From Tubulanus polymorphus (taxonomy: Eukaryota; Animalia; Nemertea), in assembly GCF_964204645.1 (NCBI RefSeq), contig NC_134029.1, positions 14,162,850 to 14,226,849 on the forward strand: 64,000 nucleotides of DNA, read 5' to 3'. The notes under the pieces were generated by a model. That model did not search any database and was not told the origin of the DNA. It saw nothing but the letters and a program-made list of their open reading frames with translations. The position numbers and the translations under genes were made by a program. Positions 35,300 to 48,050 of the stretch are shown here, piece after piece; the first letter of the stretch is position 1; every line of letters begins with the position of its first letter.

Positions 35300-37354
35300 A
35301 AGGTGATGCGATTCAAATTATGGCCACCAGAGGAAAACAGCTAATATCATTCTAATAGAAATAATTGTGGCCTCAATATTTCTAAGGCATTTACCACAAA
35401 TCCTGTAACTTCACATGTGGCGGTGAATTTCAGGCTGGGGGCATTCAATTCTTTGCCTCATTCTAGTTTTATTTTGTTTTAGCTATTTTGATTACCAGCT
35501 TTTTAAAGGATGAATAATCACAGGGCTTTCAAAGGATGAATAATCACTGGGCTGATCTTTGAGGCCTACATGGACATTTAAGCCCTTTTGCGACTCCTGA
35601 ATCCCAGCGGGCTATTGTGTTCACTTTTTGTTTGTCATCCATCCATTCATCTGTTTGTCTGTTCATCCGTCCATTCGTCTGTTTGGCTGATCCGTAGACG
35701 GAATCCAGTTATTTTGGGAATTTTGAAGATGCTTCAATGTAATGTCTTGATATTTGATTTATACATGTATCTGCCCTAGACACATCCGTCAGCCCTAAAA
35801 CTGGAATGGATGGCGAATTCATCGCACAAAACCAGTTAGTTCAATGTCTTAAACTACTAAAACAGATTACCATCAGTCAAATGGGTGCTGAACATGCATG
35901 AATGTGCATATTTTCTGCCAAATACCCTCTGCACTGGTATTCAACAGATTGTATCACTCTTAGAAGAAATGCTGCTGATTTTACATGAAAAAGCAAGACC
36001 ACATGAACAAAATGAAACAAATTTGATGAAAAATCTCTTTTAATTTTGGTTTTATGAATCTGTGAAAAACATGGAAATCCTGGCAAAGCGCAGCATTTCC
36101 TGAAAAAGATAGGCCTGGCAGGCGGAGTAAATATTATTTAATTTTACCGTAAAAGCTTAGGAAGCATTTATTATGGATGTTCGCTTTGTGTCTTGTAGGT
36201 TTCCGATTCTGGCAGATAAGTCTCGAAAACTAAAAGATCGTTGTCGCGTTAATAATAGTAGAGGCCCAAGTGCCCACCGACGTCTCAATTTCAAATCGTT
36301 TAGCATAGCGGTCGCCGGCTGTAGTTGAATGGTCGGCTTCCTTACTTTGTTCTCCGAGGAGGATCGCAAGTTCTTCGGTCAGCAGTCAATCACTGGTCGC
36401 TGGTCAATCACCGGCTCATAAGTTCAGTTTTTGACTATTGGTTCACGCCATAGGTATTGTTTCATTTTAATACCTGGTGATTGTTTTGATTGACATTGAA
36501 GTGTAAGCGAGCATTCACTAAAACAAAAGGCCTCCACATCGGCGTGAGCGCTATTATCATTGACATTAGACTGTTGCGCACACACACACACACACTACCA
36601 TATATTGACACTGTAAAGCTGCTTGCGGGCGCGTGCATGCTTGACAGGAAAATACGCCTATGAATAATCAACTATTATAGCAGAAGACGAGGGCTGTGTT
36701 TTCTGTTAGAATTTGTAGTAAATTGTAATTACTTGTGACCTGAAAATACTAAGCAGCAAATTATAGGTATAATGAAAAGGTTGTCAAGACATTCAATATT
36801 TAGCCACCATCTGATTGGTGATATCATATCAATTCTATTCAAATATTTTTCATTTTGTGAAAAATATTTTTTTCCAAATATGAAATAGTTTTCCTGCCTA
36901 TCTGTACCCTGCGAAATTTTGGACGTGGACCATAAACAAATGTATATTTTTGGCCTTGATTTGACTAAAAAACAATTCTTTGAGAAAGATGAAATACAAT
37001 AATAGAACTTTGAAGTCACGAATTAAGTTTTCCAACACCGGTCAGCGGTCAATCACTGGTCGCTGGTCAATCACCGGTTCAGCTGTTTCAGTTTCTGACC
37101 ACAGGTTCTGAAGTGAGCGTACGCGATAGTCAAGAAACCAAGGTACGGGTCCGACCTGCTTCGAGAGGCCTACATTTAGAGGAAATGGACCGGGTTATCC
37201 AATCCTTGGCTCGGTGTGTTTCACATGCCATTCAGTTGTCGGTTCAGGGTCAGGCTATTCGTGTGTTAGCCTCCTGCCAGTTCCAAAGCTCGTCTACCAG
37301 ATACGGTATCTAATTCATTGTTGAGAGCTCCATTGGGCACTTCTTCGCGTCTCT

Positions 37355-38030
37355 TCTCTGGTTGGTGTGCTCCCGTGCTACTGAGGAAGATTCAGGAGGC
37401 CCAAACCAAGTCCGCCATGCGAACTGCGTGGAAGAAGCGTTCTGGTCCGGCTCCAGCGGCGCAAGGTTCGGCACGTACTCAAAAAGGACCAAATCAAGCT
37501 TCGGCACTTTCTCAACTGGCTACAAATGCCATTTGGAGAACGAGCGCACAACAATCAAACAATCCAACAAGCGCGTCGAGCCCCGTTCGGTCATTACAGT
37601 TCCAGTTCGTATCGGGTCAAGTGGAAGGCTCCATAAAGGGCTCTTCCTTTCGGAAAAAATCTCTGAAATGAATTCTGGGGCCAGTGTGAGGTTGTCTGTA
37701 ACAGGCAGCCACCAGGTACCAGGAAAAAACGTCTCATTGAGATATCTAAAGCCATCTCATTGTACAGAAAGTAGTGAATCTTGATTCGAGCAGTACGAAG
37801 ACACAATACCAAGTACCTTGCTGTAATCCCAATTTTGGATGTTTGCAGCTTGGATTGATGAATTAGAATTGGGTTGCGAAACTCAACTTGAACAATTGAC
37901 TGACACAACCAGTGTCGAGGAGACTATCTTAAGATTATCTGCGGATCGTGATTTGCAGCAAGAAGAGATTCCAATGTTCGATGGGACACCAACATTATGG
38001 CCGCTATTAGTGGAGCACTTCCATCATGGT
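37355..38030 (+). pseudogene. BEL/Pao gag fragment
   Basis: LSADRDLQQEEIPMFDGTPTLWPL..EHF (BEL gag 'FDG.P..W..F' motif); inverted homolog of 50040-50650. Confidence 0.7.
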
Positions 38031-41000
38031 TCACACACTACCGGGAAAACGGGGAAAACTTGGGAATTTTCTAATCAGATTTCCCGGTTGGGAAATAAAA
38101 GGAAATTTTTGGTTTACCTTTGTCAGCAGTATGAGCTTGGCATTGAGCCAATTCATGTAAAATCGCGGTACGTTTTTTTATGTGAGCATTTTTTCATTGG
38201 TTAAACGACGTATAATCGATGCGATTGAAGACATGACGAACCTCCTTCGATGACATGGTCAAATTTGTTAAAATTCGACGAAAAAATGTTTTTGGCGGGA
38301 AAATTCTTAGCTCTTGCGTATATAATTGCAATGACCTCGATTGGGGGGCGTCGTCTCTACATGCGAATGTGATTGGCTGTTTTTGGGATATATGGAGAAT
38401 TCCGGCGCTACTAAAATAATTATGGGAAAGTCATTAATGGCAAACGTTTTATTGGACTAGGTGCCGTATATGTGCGAATCTTAAATGCTCATTGCTGGTG
38501 AGAATATAATTATTTCACATATCGCCATAGGTATTGTTTCGTTTTAATACCCGGTGATTGTGTTGATAGAGATCGAAGTGAAGCACCTTGCGTAGTGAAC
38601 GTTCACTACACAAGGCCTCCACGTGTGCGCGGGAGCGCTAACATTAGACTGTTGCACTCACAAACACACGCTTATACACACTACTATATGGTGATGCTGT
38701 AACGCTGCTTGGCGCGTGCACGTTTGGTATGATAACAGGCTGAATAATCGTCGTAGCAGAAGATGAGCGCTGTGTTTTCTGTTTGATCGAATTTGTAATA
38801 AATTGTAATTTCTTGTGACCTGAAAATACCAAGCAGCAAACTATAGGTTTAGGTCGAAGTCTGTATATTGTAGTGGTAAATTCCAGGATCTAATACTATG
38901 CCCCGGTGTTTTAGCTTCCTTGGCCATACATTGGAAGAGGTTTAGTTTCCAAGACTCAAGTTAGAGGTAAATACAATCTTCTCTTTCAAAATAGATGATC
39001 AAATTTATTTACATTCCAATAGTAATATTATGATGAAAGATTGAAGTTTCAATCAAGCACTTGTCTCCACTGGTAGGCATTTTCAAAAATGCGTTCATTC
39101 ATAAGAAACATCGTCGTGAACGTGTGAATACAATCCCTGTACTGCAGGTGTAATGATGAATGTGTGAAGACGTACACTACGTCTTCACACAATAACTGAT
39201 ATACATGCTGTGTCCGTATTAACAGGTGTATTCATATTCCAACAAGAAAATTCATCTCTGGCTTACAATTTAGTTTAATTTTTTTATTGTTGTGGCTGGT
39301 AACATTTCTCGACACCAATTAGGCAGGGCCCAGCTTATTTGAAACCAGCTAGTTGCAGACACCTAGGCATTGCTCAAACCCAATACTTCAAGGAAAATTA
39401 TATATTTCTTCTGCCTAAATATTCAGTGGAGGTGCTTGACTCAAACAACACATGTTGATGGTTTGGTGGTAAAATATTGAATTAACCGCAAAGTACTGTG
39501 GCCCATAATTGTCATTTTATTTTCACAAATGATATTGAAACTCAACTGTGTAGTCGCATTTTTGAAAACCTGTTGAAATAGATCTTGCAAATCTGTGTCT
39601 CAGCTGCCTTTCTTCTCAATCAAAATTAAAGTTCATTTCAAAATAGTTGAATTCTTGCCTTTCTTAAATTATATGTTTTATACTGTTTCAGAATGGATAA
39701 CAGGCGGCTAAATCTTTTTTGCTGTTACCCTTGGCCATCTGTCAGACTAGCCCAGGCCCAGTTTTGGGTACAGCTAGCAGTTGGCTTTTAGGATCAGTCT
39801 GTGAACTCTTTCAAACTAGTTGTAATAAATCACATTGCCCTTTCAAGGTCATTTGGTTAGTTTTAATTAGGGTTTTCTGTTTCTTCACAGAAAACCCTAT
39901 TGAAATTCGCGTGATTATTAGGGTTTTCTGTTACATCACAGAAAACCCTATTGAGATTCGCATGTTTCTTATTATTATTATTATTATTATTATTATTTTT
40001 TTCCACACTTTTTTTGTCAAAAGTACATAGGCTTTTTTACATTACCGCTGTTGCCGATACAATCTGTTTGATATCATTCAGCTCACTTCGATCTACAAAT
40101 ACTCCGTGCAAATTTTGAAGAATCAACGTTACAAAAGCGCTGTCGGGCCGTAAACATCGAAAATTGAGCCCCATTCAAAGAGCCGACATGTTTTTCTAAG
40201 TCGTCTTTCCGAAATCTACCGCACGTTTCTTGTCACATCAATTATCAATTCAAGCATAAATTAACAAATTTATTACCGAAAGATTGCACATTCTGTCGCG
40301 GTTTTTAAAAACTAATTTTAACAATAACCCATTTTCCTCATCAAATTATAATACCAATACACAGGAAATTTACTACTTTAGATTTTAAAAGCACTGTCGA
40401 GCCGTAAACATCGACAAATCGACGTGTGTCACTACATCGTCGTTCCGGGAATCAGCTGCGAGTTTCTCCTCATTCTGAGAATCAAATCGAGTACAAATTA
40501 ATTTATTACTACCAGTGATTTGGCTGCGGGCGTCAAGCAGTTAATTTAGCAATACCTATTTTTCTTTACCAAATTTACCGTGTTTTTACTAAGATAAATC
40601 ATAAGTGTACCGGGGAGTCGTAGGCCTAAACTAAACACGCCGAAGAGATATAGCGGAGAAAAGCTGTTATGTCGACGAGGTATCAAAATAAAAGAATATA
40701 TTACTTTATTCGGCCGCAGGCTTCAACCTCTATATCAATACCATCAATACTCTATATTTCCTACAGTACATACCGATCATTGTCAAATCCACAAGGTATT
40801 TACTAAATACAAGTATAAAACACACTCCTATCCGTATGCTGGACTCGCACTTGACATTCGGAGTAAGCTTTCGCTTTGGGGGAAAGGAGATCGTTCGCTG
40901 TGTCGCTTGAAGTGTTTATCGAGTTTTACGCGACCTTAAAGCTTTAGTATGGTGGCTGATAAGATAACAAAACACGAATATGCAAATGAGGGCGACATTA

Positions 41001-41040
41001 CGACAAAACGAAAAAAATAAAATAACGCGAGAAAACAATG

Positions 41041-43915
41041 ATTTTGATTTTGTCGCCCGGGGCAATTCATTATTTTGGTTTTATCGCCCACGACAATTCA
41101 TTACTTTGGTTTTATCGCCAGCGACAATGCATTATTTTGGTTTTGTCGCCCGCGACAATTCTTCTTTTTGGTTTTGTCGCCCGCCACAATTCATTATTTT
41201 GGTTTTATATTTTGTTTTTGTCGCCCGCGACAATTCATTATTTTGGTTTTATCGCCCGCGACAATTCATTATTTTGGTTTTGTCGCCCCGACCATTCTTT
41301 TTTTGGTTTTGTCGCCCGCGCCAATTCATTAGTTTGGTTTTGTCGCCCGCGACAATTCAATATTTTGGTTTTGTCGCCCGCGACAATTCAATATTTTGGT
41401 TTTGTCGCCCGCGACAATTCATTATTTTGGTTTAATCGCCCGCGACAATTCAATATTTTGGTTTTATCGCCCGCGATAATTCATTATTTTGGTTTTATCG
41501 CCCGCGACAATTCATTATTTTGGTTTTGTCGCCCGTGACAATTCACCATATTGGTTTTGTCGCCCGTGACAATTCACCATTTTGGTTTTGTCGCCCGCGA
41601 CAATTCATTATTTTGTTTTGTCGCCCCGACAATTCTTTTTTTGGTTTTGTCGCCCGCGACAATTCATTAGTTTGGTTTTGTCGCGGGCGACAAAAAAAGA
41701 ATTGTCGGGCGACAAAACAAATTCAATATTTTGGTTTTATAGCCCTTGACAATTCATTACTTTGGTTTTATCTCCAGCGACAATTCATTATTTTGGTTTT
41801 GTCGCCCGCGACAATTCTTGTTTTTGGTTTTGACGCCGGCGACAATTCATTATTTTGGTTTTATACTTTGTTTTTGTCGCCCACGACAATTTTTTTTTTT
41901 GGTTTCGTCGCCCGCAACAATTCAATATTTTGTTTGTATCGCCTGCGACAATTCATTATTTTGGTTTTGTCGCCCGCGACAATTCATTATTTTAGATTTA
42001 TCGCCCGAGACAATTCATTATTTTGGTTTTATCGCCCGCGACAATTCATTAGTTTGGTTTTATTGCCCGCGACGATTCATTAGTTTGGTTTTGTCGCCCG
42101 CGACAATTCAATATTTTGGTTTTATCACCCGCGACAATTCATTAGTTTGGTTTTGTCGCCCGCGACAATTCATTATTTTGGTTTTGTCGCTCCAGACAAT
42201 TCATTATTTTGGTTATATCGCCCGCGACAATTCATTATTTTGGTTTTATCGCCCGAGACAATTCATTATTTTGGTTTTATCGCCCGCGACAATTCATTAG
42301 TTTGGTTTTATCGCCCGCGACAATTCATTAGTTTTGTTTTGTTGCCCGCGACAATTCAATATTTTGGTTTTATCACCCGCGACAATTCTTTTTCAGTCCA
42401 CTTGGGACTTTAGTCCCAGCGGGCTATTGTGTTCACTTTTCGTCCATCCGTCCGTCCATAGACGGAATCCAGTTATTTTGGGAAGTTTTGAAGACGCTTC
42501 AAGGTAATGTCGTGATATTTGGTTTATACATGTATCTACCCTAGACACATTGTCAGCCAAAAAACTGGCCCTGTCAGATTCAAGATGGTCGACTGGCAGC
42601 CATTGTTGTTTGCCAAAATCAGCACTTTTTAAACATTTTCGAAGTTTTCGTGGGAAATTTTGGAGACGCTTTGATCAATTACCTTGATCTTTCGTTTATA
42701 TTTGAATCTACCAAAGGCCCATCAGCATATGAAAATTGGGTCGATCTGACTCAAGATGGCCGTCCTATGACCTTTTTAGTGCCCAAAAATGTCAATTTTG
42801 GCCAGAATTCTAGGTCCTGTAGCTTCCTACTGGTTTGCCATTTCTCATTGCAATTGCTGATGGGTATTCTTTAGAGAGGGATGTTTTATACCTGGGACAA
42901 GTATTCTTGATCAGCCAATTATGACGCAATTGGCATCCATCTTGGTGTCATCAGAACTCATTCGTAGGTGGGAAAAGGTTTTTCCACATTAAATTGATAC
43001 CTAAGCATATTGTGTTACTATATTCAATTGGAAAGTTGTAGCCCATAACGTGTTCTATGATTTTGGTGAGTTTCAAGGTCATTGGTTTTTGTATGTGGCC
43101 ACCAGGGGGCGTTGAATAATACAATAACTTAGTATTGCTATATTATATTTGTACCATGGCATATTTTGTTACCATGATCAATTACAAAGTTGTAGTTCAT
43201 GACATCGCCTATGATTGTGGTGAGTTTTTAAGGACATAAGTTATTCCATATAGTCATCAGGGGGCGTTGAATAGTAGAAAAGCTTAGTTTTTCCTTATTA
43301 GATTGGTACCTAGGCATAGTTTGTTACCATGATCCATTGCAAAGTTGTAGTTCATGACATCGTCTATGATTGTGGTGACTTTTTAAGGACATTAGTTATT
43401 CCATATAGTCACCAGGGGGCGTTGAATAGTAGAATGGCTTAGTATTTCCATATTAAATTGGTAACGAGGCATATTTTGTTATCACAATCAATTACAAAAT
43501 CAAAGCTGCTCACATGTTCTATGATTGTGGTGGGTTTCAAGGTCATTGGTTTTTGTATATGGTCACTAGAGGGCGTTATGTTTTGAAATTGTTAGATTGT
43601 TGAGCATTTGAAACCACTTCCCAAGTGAGCATGGTGTCCCTGGACCCCTAGTTTGGTTTTGTCGCCCGTGACAATTCATTATTTTGGTTTTGTCGCACGC
43701 AACAATTCAATATTTTGTTTTTGTCGTCCGCGACAATACATTATTTTGGTTTTATCGCCCGCGACAATTCATTATTGTGGTTTTATCGCCCGCGACAATT
43801 CATTATTTTGGTTTTATCGCCCGCGACAATTCATTATTTTGGTTTTGTCGCCCGTGACAATTCAATATTTTGGTTTTGTCACCCGCGACAATTCATAATT
43901 TTGGTTTTGTCCCCG
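41041..43915. repeat. 31-bp satellite TTTTGGTTTTGTCGCCCGCGACAATTCATTA, two blocks (41041-42390, 43652-43915) split by a HINE insertion
   Basis: Head-to-tail units without unique spacers; internal palindrome TTGTCGC-CC-GCGACAA. Confidence 0.95.
42393..43651 (+). mobile_element. Complete Helentron-like HINE family A element inserted at a T-run in the satellite
   Basis: 5' subTIR CACTTGGGA with hairpin GGGACT..AGTCCC; GTCC microsatellite 42442-42458; about four 155-bp core repeats; 3' subTIR TCCCAAGTG, hairpin GTCC-CT-GGAC, terminal CTAG|TTT. Confidence 0.75.
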
Positions 43916-44034
43916 TGGTTTTGTCGGAGCATTAAGTTTTTTGGTCGAACAGTGTGTTAAGGTCAGTAATAGGGATAATAGGCTTTCAGATCAAAGGTCG
44001 AACGGTCGAGCTCATAAAAAATGAAAAACATGAA

Positions 44035-44236
44035 AATAATAACAATTTCTACTTGAATTAGTCGCGAAACTCATAAAAAATGAAAAATAATTCTCACACA
44101 CTCGAATTTATTTTTCATTTTTACTCGCTAGAAAAAAGTGTGAGTAAAGTGTGAGTGAAATAAATTCGAGCGTGTGAGAATTATTTTTCATTTTTTATGA
44201 GTTTCACTCCTAATTCAAGTAGAAATTGTTATTATT
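44035..44236. mobile_element. About 200-bp hairpin MITE
   Basis: AATAATAACAATTTCTACTTGAATTAG.. inverted against ..CTAATTCAAGTAGAAATTGTTATTATT; arms about 80 bp. Confidence 0.75.
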
Positions 44237-44239
44237 ACA

Positions 44240-44600
44240 GATGTTCAGTGACAATGGCACAAACATTGTTGGTGCTGATAGTGAGTTAAAACGTTGTCTC
44301 TTGGAGTTTGATCAGAGTCTTATTCAATCGTTCTGTTCTATTCTTGGTATGCAGTGGAATTTTATCCCACCCCTTGTGCCACATTTTGTTGGCGCTTGGG
44401 AACGCATGGTTAAGTCGGTTAAAAGGGCGTCTAAAGCTGTTTTGGATGAATCGCAGGTTTCCCAGTCCGTTTTGAGTGCGGTTCTAGTCGAAATTGAGGC
44501 GGCAGTTAACTCCAGGCCACTTACATATAATAGCTCTGATCCCAACGATTATACTCCGAAAGCTTCTAACCACTTCCTTCATGGGGGCTCCAGTACAATC
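44240..44600 (+). pseudogene. BEL/Pao integrase core fragment
   Basis: FSDNGTNIVGA..WNFIPP..PHFVGAWERMVKSVKR..EIEAAVNSRPLT. Confidence 0.9.
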
Positions 44601-45585
44601 ACTTCATGAACCGATTCGGTTTGGGGGCTATCCCTTGTTTCTTTTTTCCCGAAATGATTTAACTAATTTAATCTAATTTAATTTAATTTAATTCATTATT
44701 GTGACCGATTAATTGAATAATAATGCCGCCCCCTCCTAAAGGTCAGCATCGTGGTGGTGAGGGATGTGGACATTTATTCGGTGCCTGGGATGACCACGTT
44801 TCGTGTGCGTCGTGTAGGCGTAAATCTGGCCAATCTGTTCTAGGAGGAATCCTTGCAAGACTTGCGAGGGTTGGTCCGAGGACCTTTGGATTCGGGCTGG
44901 TATCCAAAGGCTCGGAAGCTGAAAGATTGTCTCTAATTCTATTTTAGTCAGTAACCTGACTGTGGTTCAGTTTCACGATCAGATATTTTCACAAACCACA
45001 GTCAGAAATGGGAAGGTCATTTTTCAATGAAATTTTCGTGAGTCAATTTGACTCACGAGTAATTTGCCTGGCATTTCATTGTCTCTTATAATATCAGTCT
45101 AGTTTTTGTTGTAATCAACGCACAACAGATTCGTAGTTTGTTTGATACCTATAACACCTCACCTGACGATCTTAATCCATGTGCAATTCGGCCGTAAAGT
45201 GAGAGTAAATTTCCGTCGATTCAACGGCGGTTATTTTAAAAACTGGCGGAGGGTGCCAGGACAACAACACAAACTAAAGAAATGAAACGACGAAATTTAA
45301 AAAATTAAGAAATCAGCACTTACATTTTTCTTCAACCAGAATTTATTTATATGTCATTTATCAAAGAAAACACGAAGATTTGAAATGTATGCTTGAAAAC
45401 TATAAAAAAGAAATTGTCGTTTCGTTTTGGAAGTTTTATATAAATCCTTGTAGGTCACATTGTCTATCATGCCAGATTTATGCAATACAGAAAAATAGCG
45501 GCCAATTGTGTAATTCGAGGGACCGTCACCGAACTCGTCATGATCGTCGGAATACGGGAAAATTCCTGACACCAGAAGGATTTCC

Positions 45586-46199
45586 ATGTATTTGAAGAAA
45601 ATAGCTTCATTGGACCTGAAAGGTGCTTACTTTCAGGTCCCAAGTCACCCAAAATCTCGCCGATTTCTCAGGATAAAGTGGAAAGGCCGCCAGTTCCAAT
45701 TCAGGTCTCTTCCATTTGGCCTCAGTACGGCCCCGTGGGTTTTCACCAAGTTGGTCAAGTCCGTTCAGACGGTACTTAAGTCCAGGGGTGTTCGACTGTT
45801 CGTTTATCTCGACGACTGGTTAATAGTCGCAAACTCGGCTCGAGAATGTCGGGAGGCAATGACCTCAGTCTTGGACTTAGTCTATCAGCTAGGGTTCCGC
45901 GTAAACAGGGAAAATCTCAATTGAAGCCGGCTCAACAGTTCACTTATCTCGGCATGGACTTCGATCTCCGAATCGGCAAAGTCTTTCCGTCCCATGGCTC
46001 GAGTAGCCAAACTTCAAGAAGCTGTAGCGGGAGTGCCCACAATCCCAAGAATAGCTTGTTACTGGTCACGGCTTCTAGGCTCCATCAACTCCATCGGTCT
46101 GGTGGTGCCCTTAGGCCGCCTCAGAAGCAGGCGCTTGCAACAATATTGGAAGGTCTTCTGGTCTCAGTCAAAGGGCAACTGGGAGACCTTGATCCCTGT
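45586..46199 (+). pseudogene. DIRS-type reverse transcriptase (frameshifted)
   Basis: SLDLKGAYFQVP..FQFRSLPFGLSTAPWVFTK..VYLDDWLI..KSQLKPAQQFTYLG. Confidence 0.9.
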
Positions 46200-47585
46200 A
46201 TAAACTCCACGATGGACATTAGGGCTCAGATTGTTATTGGAGCAAAAATTAGAAATTTTGTTATTATACTTGAAAATTAAATCAGTATTTAAATGACGAA
46301 GAGCCGGTTTGAATTTGTCAAGGCAAGGGACAAAGGGAACTATAATTTTGTTTTTTTTGGTTTAGAAGAGTCAATAGGATTACGGGGTTGAGCAGGAGAG
46401 AAAAATACTTTTTTGGCTTTGTGAAGGGCTTTCACTAAAATCTTGTCCGGGTATGCAAGTTTTTTAAAACTGGATTGAATATGTAAAATCTCATGATCTA
46501 AAAAGTTTTTATCACAAATCCTGTAAGCCCGAAGGAAAAAACCTTGAACAACGGCCACTTTAAAGTAAGTTGGAGTGAACGAGAAGAAATGTAGGTAGGA
46601 TTCACAGTTAGTAGGTTTACGAAAAACAGAGAAACCTAATCTTGAATTAAAATTATGTATGAGAACATCCAGAAAGGGCATTTTCCCGTCAACTTCCCAC
46701 TCAAAGGTGAACTTCAAGGAAGGATAAAGGGAATTAAGATATGTCAAGAAAGATTCAAGGTTAAAATCAGTTGATACTAAACATAAAATATCATCAACAT
46801 ACCTGAGCCATAGAAGAGGCGCAAACCCAGTATATAGGGGTAAAATTTTCGATTCAATATGTTCTAAGAAGAGGTTAGCTAAAATCGGCAAGAGGGGGTT
46901 GCCCATAGCGAAACCATATATTTGCTCAAAGAAAATGCCATCGAATTGAAAATAGGCTCTTCTAGCACATAATTCAAATTCATCATTCGTCATTTAAATA
47001 CTGATTAAATTTTCAAGTATAATAACAAAATTTCTAATTTTTGCTCCAATAACAATCTGAGCCCTAATGTCCATTGTGGAGTTTATAAAGTTAACTGTTA
47101 TGATTGTAACCTTTTTTACATTGGGGAAACTGGTAGGAATATTAAGGAACGTATAAAAGAACATAAATGAGATGTATACAATGGGGTTAAATTAGAAAGT
47201 GGGGTAGTCTCTCATTCTTCGGTTACTGGACACAATTTTGATTTTTCTGGAGCCAATATTATTTTTCCCAACAGTAGTCGCACTAAACGACATATAGTTG
47301 AATCTGCTTTGATTACTACTCATTCCGATCATTCCATAATAAACTTCTTTCAAGTTATGTCAGTGCTCTAGTCCCCATAATGTAATGTGCAGTGATTCGT
47401 GTCTTATTTCATATTTCATGTATTAATACTGTGTTTGTATTCGGCAAGTCATTTTAGACTGAAGAAGGGTGGTAGTAACCACCCGAAATATTTCTTGTAT
47501 GTTTTAATAAACATTTTATCACTTAATTCATTTATTGTGGGATTTTACTCGTATCGTTTTATCACGGATATTGTGATCTGCAATT
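46199..47585. mobile_element. Penelope-like element with 5' inversion: RT on the minus strand (46340-46993), GIY-YIG endonuclease remnant and pLTR on the plus strand (46987-47585)
   Basis: RT motifs GFAMGNPL..LANLFL, WLRYVDDIL, VFRKPT; [22 protein letters not shown] at about 47078-47170; hammerhead-like core at 47459-47494. Confidence 0.88.
47456..47497 (+). ncRNA. Hammerhead ribozyme-like motif in the Penelope pLTR (possibly degenerate)
   Basis: CTGAAGA-A-GGGTGG(TAGTAA)CCACCC-GAAA-TATT-TC; core and stem II intact, stems I and III weak. Confidence 0.55.
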
Positions 47586-47589
47586 GATT

Positions 47590-48050
47590 CATGGGATCTG
47601 TCTGTAATTTTGAAGAAGTTAATGGAGGCTCCATTTGAACCTCTTTCTGCAGCGTCATTTGCGGATTTGTCAAAAAAGACTGTATTCTTGCTGTTCTTGG
47701 CTTGCTCAGCCCGTCGTTCTGAGATTCCTGCACTTTCAGTGCGACAAATTTTTTGGCAAAGAACCAGCGGCCGGGCTCAGTTGGTCGTTAATGGCGAATT
47801 GAAGCCCTAAGACATCGAGTGGAACCGGGTCTTCTGGACAGGACGTTATGTCCTGTACGGGCGTTGTGTTTCTAGTTAGATCGCTCTGCTCCACGAAGGG
47901 GTTCGCGGGAGCGGTTATCATCTGAAGGGTGATATTTCTCGGGACACATTGGAGAATCTTTCCTCTGAGGGAGTTGTTTCTCATCAAGAAACGTCGGTGC
48001 TCCGTTGGAAGAAGTCTGTCGGGCCGCCTTTTGGAATTCTCCATCGACAT
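47590..48050 (+). pseudogene. DIRS tyrosine recombinase fragment
   Basis: WDLSVILKKLMEAPFEPL..LSKKTVFLLFLACSARRSEI..; a later piece reads LCPVRAL. Confidence 0.85.

Noticed and set aside
39692-39770. Possible extra host exon after TGTTTCAG
   Set aside because: The phase-0 frame hits a stop at once and the other frames are not coiled-coil-like
41041-43915. CRISPR-like array of palindromic repeats of about 30 bp
   Set aside because: Units are contiguous with no unique spacers, there are no cas genes and the context is eukaryotic; it is a satellite
40980-43960. Long overlapping ORFs (FWFCRPRQFIILVLSPATIHY..)
   Set aside because: Artefact of a nearly stop-free 31-bp repeat read in rotating frames
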